Origin: an uncultured Flavobacteriales bacterium
Lineage (GTDB): Bacteria; Bacteroidota; Bacteroidia; Flavobacteriales_G; NORP312
Direction: 5' to 3'
DNA length: 38,688 bases
Assembly: GCA_964560645.1 (NCBI GenBank)
Contig: CAZLMS010000001.1
Coordinates: forward strand, 1 to 38,688
Shown: positions 32,504-38,688 of the stretch, piece after piece
Layout of the letters: the number at the start of each line of letters is the position of its first letter
Numbering within the stretch: position 1 is the stretch's first letter
Notes under the pieces: model-generated
What the model saw: the letters and a program-made list of their open reading frames with translations, nothing else
The model's database searches: none
Told to the model about the DNA's origin: nothing
Program-made: the position numbers and the translations under genes

Positions 32504-33586
32504 ATGAAAAAGCTAAGTTACTTAATTTTATTTTCCTTTTTGTTTCCGGTATCTTTAACTTATGCACAAAAATCGGAATTATTTTTCCACTACGGCTTTA
32601 TTTTTCCGCATCGAAAAGGCGTAAATCATCTTATTAAACGGCATGTGCCGGCAATGGAGTTTAATTGGTTTTTGCAGAAGTATGACGAAAACAAGCAGTG
32701 GTATTATCAATATAATTATCCGGAAAAGGGGATAGGCATGATGTGGTTTGATTTTGGTAACCCTCAACAGTTGGGATATGGTTTGAGTGTTTATCCTTTT
32801 TGGAATTTTTATTTTTCTCCGAATTCTGCTACGTTGCTTTCTTTTAAATCGGCTGCCGGCATAGGGTGGGTAACCAAACCATTTAGAGAAGAAACCAATT
32901 ATAAGAATATATTGATAGGAAGCTATTTGAATGCTTTTATCCATTTCGCATTAAATTGCCGTTTGCGGCTTTCCGACCGGATTTTTGTTAGCACGGGAAT
33001 TAGTTTTTCACATTTTTCAAACGGAGCGTATCGAATGCCTAATCTTGGAATGAATATACCTGCCATAAAAGCCGGAATGCTTGTAAACATAGGGGAGAAA
33101 AACGAGTATCCTGTAGTAGAAGAGGCGGCTTTTAAAAAGAGCAAATATTTTAATTTAATGATTAACGGAGGGGTAAAAGAAATATACCCGCTTTCAAGAA
33201 GAAAATTTCCCGTAATGTCGCTCAATGTAAATTATAATTGGAATTACACTCCAAAATCAATAGTATCTGCGGGTTTGGATTTGTATCATAATTCTTCTTA
33301 CAAAACCATTTTTGAAAACGACAGCACTATGGAATTAAAAAATTACATAGGAATAGAACCTTCTGTGGTACTTGGATTTGGAAAAATCTTTGGAAAAACC
33401 CAATTTCAATTTCAAACAGGCTTTTATCTTTACACATATTTGCCCCGTTTCATGAATATGTATCAGCGGATTTCCATCAGAAGAGAAATAATTCCTGCGT
33501 TGTTTTTCGATTTATCTTTAAAATCTCATCTTTTTGTGGCGGACTATATCGGATTTGGAATAGTGTATAATTGGAAACATGAATAA
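32504..33586 (+). CDS. acyloxyacyl hydrolase (PagL-like lipid A deacylase family) outer-membrane protein
   Basis: 360 aa with a signal peptide, a beta-barrel pattern, and SFSHFSNGAYRMPNLGMN, which resembles the H.SNG...PN.G.N signature. Confidence 0.65.
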   Translation: MKKLSYLILFSFLFPVSLTYAQKSELFFHYGFIFPHRKGVNHLIKRHVPAMEFNWFLQKYDENKQWYYQYNYPEKGIGMMWFDFGNPQQLGYGLSVYPFWNFYFSPNSATLLSFKSAAGIGWVTKPFREETNYKNILIGSYLNAFIHFALNCRLRLSDRIFVSTGISFSHFSNGAYRMPNLGMNIPAIKAGMLVNIGEKNEYPVVEEAAFKKSKYFNLMINGGVKEIYPLSRRKFPVMSLNVNYNWNYTPKSIVSAGLDLYHNSSYKTIFENDSTMELKNYIGIEPSVVLGFGKIFGKTQFQFQTGFYLYTYLPRFMNMYQRISIRREIIPALFFDLSLKSHLFVADYIGFGIVYNWKHE

Positions 33587-34307
33587 GTGGATGTTATGCA
33601 TATTAGTATGGGGTTTATTTTCTTGCAAAAAAGAGAATAGTTGCCTGCACTCTGTCGGAAATATTCAGCCGGAAAAACGGGAGGTAAGCAATTTTTATTC
33701 CTTGATGATAGAGTCGGACATAGATGTGGAGCTTATTCAAGACACGGTCAGTTTCATAACGGTAATCTCAGGAAAAAATATTATTCCGCATATTGAAACG
33801 GAAGTGAAAAACGGACAATTGCTGATAAGCAATCGAAACAAATGCAATTTTCTCCGAAAATACGATTACGAAAAAAAAGTCGAAGTTCATTTTATTTCAT
33901 TAACCAATATTGAAATAGACGGTCATACCGGAAAACTTTACGCAAGCGACACCATACAAGCGGATACATTATATATGAATATAAGAAATGCTGCTTCGGA
34001 AATCGATTTAACGTTAAAAGCCGCTAAAATAAAAATTGATAATCACAACGGAGTATCGGATTTGTTGCTAAAAGGATATTCTGAATTGGCATATTATTAT
34101 CATCATGGCTACGGGCGATATGATGCTTTGAATTTATACGCCGACCAAATTTATGCATGGAATAACAATACCGGCGATTTGCTGGTTTATACAAATAATT
34201 TATTGGATGTTCAAATAACCTATACCGGAGATGTATATTACAAAGGAAATCCGGCAAAAATTATTCAGCGAATTAAATCTTCCGGCAAATTGATAAAATG
34301 GCCTTAA
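33579..34307 (+). CDS. DUF2807 / head GIN domain lipoprotein
   Basis: 242 aa with lipobox LFSC, then G.I..E.REV..F..L.I....DVEL.QD and repeated beta-helix-like units. Confidence 0.65.
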   Translation: MNKWMLCILVWGLFSCKKENSCLHSVGNIQPEKREVSNFYSLMIESDIDVELIQDTVSFITVISGKNIIPHIETEVKNGQLLISNRNKCNFLRKYDYEKKVEVHFISLTNIEIDGHTGKLYASDTIQADTLYMNIRNAASEIDLTLKAAKIKIDNHNGVSDLLLKGYSELAYYYHHGYGRYDALNLYADQIYAWNNNTGDLLVYTNNLLDVQITYTGDVYYKGNPAKIIQRIKSSGKLIKWP

Positions 34308-34435
34308 TCACATCCATTCTTTAAAAAATAGCAAAAAAGTTTTTAACGGAAAAAACGGAAAGTAAGGTTTTGGTAAGTTGAGAAAAGTCATCTTGTCCCT
34401 TGATTTATCTCAGGGAGTTCTGTTTGTTCAAGGCG

Positions 34436-34443
34436 TACATTTG
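34436..34443 (+). promoter_or_regulatory. candidate -7 box TACATTTG for the CBS-pair gene
   Basis: 31 nt upstream of ATG 34475. Confidence 0.35.
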
Positions 34444-34474
34444 GACTATTCGATAACCTGAAAAACAAAGAAAA

Positions 34475-34882
34475 ATGAAAAAAAGAGAGCCTGTTTCTCA
34501 CATCATGACGAAAGATGTGTACACGGTAAATTTAAAAGATAGTTTGAAAGACGCGTATGAATTGATGAAGTCTAAGAAAATCAGACACGTTCCGGTGGTT
34601 TCGGGAGAGAAACTAATTGGAATTTTGAGTATGACGGATATTCTCCGCTTAAGTTTTGGAGCGGAAGGAGATGTGGATTCAGCTGTTTTTGAAATGTTTA
34701 CTATTGACCAAGTAATGAAGCATCATCCCAAGTCGGTTGCTCCTACGGATGAAATTCGGGAGGTGGCAGAAATTCTTACTCGTGAAGAATTTCACGCTTT
34801 GCCTGTTACCGAAGGTGATAAGCTCGTTGGAATTGTTACCACGACAGATATAATAAGGTTTTTATTGGAGTTGTATAAATAA
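34475..34882 (+). CDS. stand-alone CBS domain pair protein
   Basis: 135 aa with two CBS units (HVPVVSGEKLIGILSMTDIL ; ALPVTEGDKLVGIVTTTDII). Confidence 0.85.
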   Translation: MKKREPVSHIMTKDVYTVNLKDSLKDAYELMKSKKIRHVPVVSGEKLIGILSMTDILRLSFGAEGDVDSAVFEMFTIDQVMKHHPKSVAPTDEIREVAEILTREEFHALPVTEGDKLVGIVTTTDIIRFLLELYK

Positions 34883-34910
34883 AAAAGGGAGCTTTAAAGC
34901 TCCCTTTTTT
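34881..34910. terminator. bidirectional intrinsic terminator between convergent genes
   Basis: AAAAAA-GGGAGCTTTAAAGCTCCC-TTTTTT: a perfect palindromic stem flanked by an A-run and a T-run. Confidence 0.8.
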
Positions 34911-34930
34911 ATGAATGAAAAATTTTTCGA

Positions 34931-37021
34931 TTAATTGTAATTAGGTAAAAGAGAATATTTTTTGGCGTAGTATAACATTTGTTCGGAGAACACTTCGGGA
35001 TATTCAATTTTAACATCTACAATTCTTCCATTTTCCATTACCGGCTTAAGAACGGGATTGATAAACCCTCCGTAAGGAGCAATGTTAAGTTTTTCCCATC
35101 TTGCAAGTACTTCTTTATGAAGTTCGGGGTCAACTTTTACGCCGTAAGTTTCCACTAAGTATTTACCGGCTTGATAATCACCTTCCGATTTTATTCTTTG
35201 AATTTCTCTGAGCAATTCACCAAACAGGGTTCTTAGTTTTTCGTAATTGTTAATTACAAAATAGGTTTTACCGTCTTTGGTTTTCTTTTCAATCACATTA
35301 TCGGCTTTACCTTTTTCATATACCCATTTGGCTACCATTTGTCGGTTTCTCATGTGGGCTTCTTCTAATTGTTCGCCCGGTTTCAGTCTTACTAATTGAC
35401 GCATTAAGCCGTTTACAATGTAATCGTCATAAGCGGCTTTTCCCACTTCCAAGCTGGGCATTACGCCGATTTCTATAAGTTTAGGGTCCATTAAATAATA
35501 CAGTGCCACCAAATCTGCACGAGCTTCTTCCAATGTAGAAGAATAATTTTTTAACGTTTCTTTTGGAGTTTTTACGCCGGGTTTTAACTTTCCTGATGCA
35601 TGTCCTATTACTTCATGCATGTCGGTGTGTAGTTTGTCCGCTAAACTTCCGTATTCTTTTTGTCTTTTTATTTCTTCTTCGGAGTAATAAAATTCTTCCA
35701 ATGCACCGCCACTTTTGGCTGCTTGTTCATAAGCCTCTACAATGTTTCCTAAGTTTACTGATTTTGAACCGTGTTCGGCTCTTATCCAGTTGGCATTAGG
35801 CAAGTTAATTCCGATTGGGGTAGAAGGAGATGCATCACCGGCTTCTACGATTACGGTAATCACTTTTGCCGAAATTCCTTTTACTTTTTCTTTTTTGTAT
35901 TCATCTGGAATAGGAGAATGGTCTTCAAACCATTGTGCATTGGCACCGATAGTGGCAATACGCTTAGTAGCTTCCTTATCTTTAAAAGATACTACCGATT
36001 CGTAAGAACCTTTATATCCTAAAGGATCGTTGTAAACCTCAATAAATCCGTTTACCACATCAATTACAGAGTTGGTGTCGTTTACCCATGCAATGTTGTA
36101 TTCATCCCAAGTTTTTAAATCTCCTGTTTTGTAATATTTCACAAGAAGTTCAAGGGCTTTTTTCTGTTGGTCGTTTTCGGCAACGGTTATGGCTTTCTCG
36201 AGCCAGTAAACAATTTTTTCGATAGCAGGAGAATACATGCCGCCGACTTTCCATACCCGTTCCTTAATTTCTCCGTTGTCTTTTATTACTTTTGAATTTA
36301 ATCCGACAGAAATGGGGTGAGGGTCGTTCGGGTCGGTCATTTTTCCGTAAAAATCTTCCACTTCTTTTTGGGTTACACCTTCGTAGAAATTTACGGCAGA
36401 GGTCAAAACCAAATCATCTTCGGGGTTTAAGTTTACTTTTTTGGGTGCAATGGTTTTGTCAAAAATCACGGGAGTAATTTTTTCCAACAGTTGTTCTGCC
36501 GTTTCATTTTCGTCTAACGGTAAATGTTCTTTTACGGACATTGCCGCATTTTTGAAAAATTCTTGAGAAAATTCCGGTTCAAATTTTTCATTGGAATAAT
36601 GGTGGTGTATTCCGTTAGAAAACCAAACACGTTTTGTGTAGATTTCAAAGTTTTTCCAATCTTCCGAGCTCTTATCGCCTTTAAAATTTTCAAAAATCGC
36701 CTCTAAAGTTCTTCTTATTTTAAGATTGTGTTTAAAGTTCTGGTCCCACATAATATCGCGTCCGGCTAAAGCGGCTTCGTAGAGATAATAAGCCAACTCT
36801 TTTTGCTGAGGAGTAAGCTCTTCAAAGCCGGGTACACGGTAGCGAATAATTTTTAAATCGGCAAACTGTTCTGCTAAATACTTAAATTCCTCATTTTGCT
36901 TTTGATTTTCCGTACTTTCGGGTTTAGATGCCGCATCGGATTTTTTTTCGGCATTGTTGTTGCAAGCCCAAAAGGAAACACTTGTAACAAAAGCCAGTGC
37001 AAAGATTTTTAATTGTTTCAT
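34931..37021 (-). CDS. dipeptidyl-peptidase III (M49 family) lipoprotein
   Basis: 696 aa with lipobox FWAC. Zinc motifs HEVIGH (HExxGH) and EEARADL (EExRAE/D). Confidence 0.88.
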   Translation of the reverse strand: MKQLKIFALAFVTSVSFWACNNNAEKKSDAASKPESTENQKQNEEFKYLAEQFADLKIIRYRVPGFEELTPQQKELAYYLYEAALAGRDIMWDQNFKHNLKIRRTLEAIFENFKGDKSSEDWKNFEIYTKRVWFSNGIHHHYSNEKFEPEFSQEFFKNAAMSVKEHLPLDENETAEQLLEKITPVIFDKTIAPKKVNLNPEDDLVLTSAVNFYEGVTQKEVEDFYGKMTDPNDPHPISVGLNSKVIKDNGEIKERVWKVGGMYSPAIEKIVYWLEKAITVAENDQQKKALELLVKYYKTGDLKTWDEYNIAWVNDTNSVIDVVNGFIEVYNDPLGYKGSYESVVSFKDKEATKRIATIGANAQWFEDHSPIPDEYKKEKVKGISAKVITVIVEAGDASPSTPIGINLPNANWIRAEHGSKSVNLGNIVEAYEQAAKSGGALEEFYYSEEEIKRQKEYGSLADKLHTDMHEVIGHASGKLKPGVKTPKETLKNYSSTLEEARADLVALYYLMDPKLIEIGVMPSLEVGKAAYDDYIVNGLMRQLVRLKPGEQLEEAHMRNRQMVAKWVYEKGKADNVIEKKTKDGKTYFVINNYEKLRTLFGELLREIQRIKSEGDYQAGKYLVETYGVKVDPELHKEVLARWEKLNIAPYGGFINPVLKPVMENGRIVDVKIEYPEVFSEQMLYYAKKYSLLPNYN

Positions 37022-37047
37022 AGATGATAATTTTTTATTGAAGGGAG

Positions 37048-37055
37048 CAAATCTA
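37048..37055 (-). promoter_or_regulatory. candidate -7 box TAGATTTG for the DPP-III gene
   Basis: The plus strand reads CAAATCTA, 26 nt upstream of ATG 37021. Confidence 0.35.
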
Positions 37056-37108
37056 ACAAAAAGATAAAAAGAATATTGTTATTTTAGCCAAATCTGAAAA
37101 AATCACTA

Positions 37109-38350
37109 ATGAATATGCAAAAAAGTAAAATTTTACTCGCCGGATTATTTCTTTTGCCCGGTATCATTTGGGCACAAAAAAACCGTAGAGACAAAGGAGA
37201 ATTTGTAAAAGCCGAAAATCGGTTTTACAAAAAGATAGTGGAAAGTTTAGATAATGAACAAACAAATTCCAATGACCGTAAGGTCTTTAAGGTGAATGCA
37301 GAAAAAATTGCCGTCCCCGAATTTGAAGAGTTTACCACTGTGTGGTGCAATGCGCCTGTTTCACAAGGAAGAACGGGAACTTGCTGGAGCTTTGCCACTT
37401 CTTCATTTTTTGAAGCGGAGGTTTTTCGTTTAACTCAACAAAAAATTGACATCTCCGAAATGTACACGGTGTATTGGGAGTATGTAGAAAAAGCCACCGA
37501 GTTTGTGAGAACCAGAGGAAAATCTTTCTTTGGCGAAGGTTCGGAAACCAATGCATTGTTGCGCATTATGAAAAAATACGGAGCAGTGCCTTACGAAGCC
37601 TATCCGGGCAAAAATCCCGATTTGCCTTTTTATGACCATCAACAAATGTATAACGAAATGAAGCAATACTTGGAATCCGTGAAAGCTACAAACGCCTGGA
37701 ACTTGGAACAAGTAATCGGGAATATTAGGGCGATATTGGATTACTATATGGGGAAACCACCCGTAACGGTTCCCGGACCGAAGGGTAAGCCGCTTACACC
37801 ACAACAGTATTTGAAAATGATTTTACAAATAAATCCCGACGAGTATATGACTTTTATGTCATTGCTTGAAGCGCCTTTCTATAGCAAAGCCGTGTATAAT
37901 GTGCCCGATAATTGGTGGAAAAGCGATGATTATATCAATGTGCCTTTGGCAGATTTTATGGAGATTATTAAATATGGCGTAAAGAAAGGATACAGCTTTG
38001 CTTTGGGCGGAGATGTGAGCGAAAGCGGATATTTACCTGAAAAAGATATTGCCATCGTACCCACTTATGATATTCCCTCGGAATATATAGATGATTATGC
38101 TCGTCAATTTAGATTTTCTAACGGAACTACTACCGATGACCATGCCGTACACTTAATAGGATATAAAGAAAATAAAGACGGATATTGGTTTTTGATTAAA
38201 GACTCGGGAAGCGGAGCCAGAAACGGAAAATTGGAAGGGTACTATCGTTATCATGAAGATTATGTAAAATTAAAAATGATGACTTTTACGGTGCACCGCG
38301 ATGCACTTCCGCCGTCAATTAAAGAAAAGATGAACCCTAAAACCAAATAA
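37109..38350 (+). CDS. C1 family (papain-like, aminopeptidase C/bleomycin-hydrolase-like) cysteine peptidase, secreted
   Basis: 413 aa with a signal peptide, catalytic Cys context QGRTGTCWSFA, and His context DHAVHLIGY. Confidence 0.85.
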   Translation: MNMQKSKILLAGLFLLPGIIWAQKNRRDKGEFVKAENRFYKKIVESLDNEQTNSNDRKVFKVNAEKIAVPEFEEFTTVWCNAPVSQGRTGTCWSFATSSFFEAEVFRLTQQKIDISEMYTVYWEYVEKATEFVRTRGKSFFGEGSETNALLRIMKKYGAVPYEAYPGKNPDLPFYDHQQMYNEMKQYLESVKATNAWNLEQVIGNIRAILDYYMGKPPVTVPGPKGKPLTPQQYLKMILQINPDEYMTFMSLLEAPFYSKAVYNVPDNWWKSDDYINVPLADFMEIIKYGVKKGYSFALGGDVSESGYLPEKDIAIVPTYDIPSEYIDDYARQFRFSNGTTTDDHAVHLIGYKENKDGYWFLIKDSGSGARNGKLEGYYRYHEDYVKLKMMTFTVHRDALPPSIKEKMNPKTK

Positions 38351-38352
38351 CT

Positions 38353-38688
38353 ATGAAAAAAACAATATTGCTTTTTGTGTTTACTGTATTTGCATTGTTG
38401 GCATACAGTCAGGCAGCAGACCCTGAAAAACTGTTAAAGATAAGTGATAACAAAGCTAAACTCGATGCTTATTTTAAAGAATTAAAATGGAAAGATATGG
38501 GACCTCAAACCAGTGAAGAGGACAGCGTGTATTATCTCTATCGTAGAAAAAGCTATGGTGGAGGATATGTATATTTTGCCATTTTCCCGGGAAAGTTTAT
38601 TCACTATCAAAAGTTTCATAAAGATAAAAAACCGTATTCGTTCATTATGGGTTATGAAGACTTCTTGTTTACGCCGGAAGGTGAAACG
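38353..38688 (+). CDS. secreted hypothetical protein, 5' part only (runs off the window)
   Basis: Hand-translated open frame of 112 codons with no stop. Signal peptide MKKTILLFVFTVFALLAYSQA. Starts 3 nt after the previous stop. Confidence 0.5.
   Translation, partial: MKKTILLFVFTVFALLAYSQAADPEKLLKISDNKAKLDAYFKELKWKDMGPQTSEEDSVYYLYRRKSYGGGYVYFAIFPGKFIHYQKFHKDKKPYSFIMGYEDFLFTPEGET

Noticed and set aside
34308-34474. Possible riboswitch or leader structure upstream of the CBS-pair gene
   Set aside because: Only a weak 5-bp stem (TCCCT/AGGGA) is visible. I saw no conserved riboswitch core sequence, and a plain TACATTTG promoter box explains the region.
1-38688. Search for tRNA, rRNA, CRISPR repeats, IS/transposase, integrase, toxin-antitoxin or known defence-system genes
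   Set aside because: No T-loop-like GGTTCGAAT-type strings and no regularly spaced repeats turned up. No ORF carries transposase, integrase, nuclease-ATPase or TA-like motifs, and every intergenic gap is under 260 bp.

Overview
The window reads as an AT-rich (about 40% G+C by eye) Bacteroidota chromosomal segment. It is densely packed with about 41 protein genes, most of them core housekeeping. All product calls come from motif recognition only, since no BLAST or HMM search could be run.

Gene content, left to right:
- A bactofilin / AtpZ / small membrane protein / M1 aminopeptidase N operon.
- A TPR protein, a PorZ-like double-propeller protein with a T9SS C-terminal domain, recO, and an MFS transporter.
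- A small hypothetical gene and an eRF1-like (baeRF/Balon-type) gene.
- A long minus-strand block: HU, TPR lipoprotein, an unlisted 30-aa bS22-like gene, RNase G, a U32 Fe-S enzyme and a ferredoxin.
- mutY, bacilliredoxin and nfu; an alpha/beta hydrolase and pdxJ; a CBS protein and a single-POTRA Omp85; an orphan family-5 substrate-binding protein; a T9SS-CTD hypothetical.
- nadK, a DUF6089-like barrel, uppS and bamA.
- mazG, rhomboid and LOG; a PagL-like hydrolase; DUF2807; a CBS pair; and DPP-III and C1 peptidases.

I found no rRNA, tRNA, CRISPR array, IS element or recognisable defence genes. Many genes are preceded by the Bacteroidota -7 promoter motif TAnnTTTG, and several clean intrinsic terminators are visible.

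The clearest accessory locus is 28386..30036, directly after bamA. It holds a stand-alone protoglobin that closely resembles the Methanosarcina protoglobin as I recall it. On the same strand follow a DUF2024-like Cys/His mini-protein and a MarR regulator with a unique four-Cys C-terminal tail. A palindromic operator candidate sits inside the promoter. I consider this the best candidate for an undescribed heme-based gas/redox sensing or detoxification module.

Secondary candidates are the baeRF/Balon-like factor, the translationally coupled U32-ferredoxin pair, and the AtpZ leader genes with no ATP synthase genes downstream.
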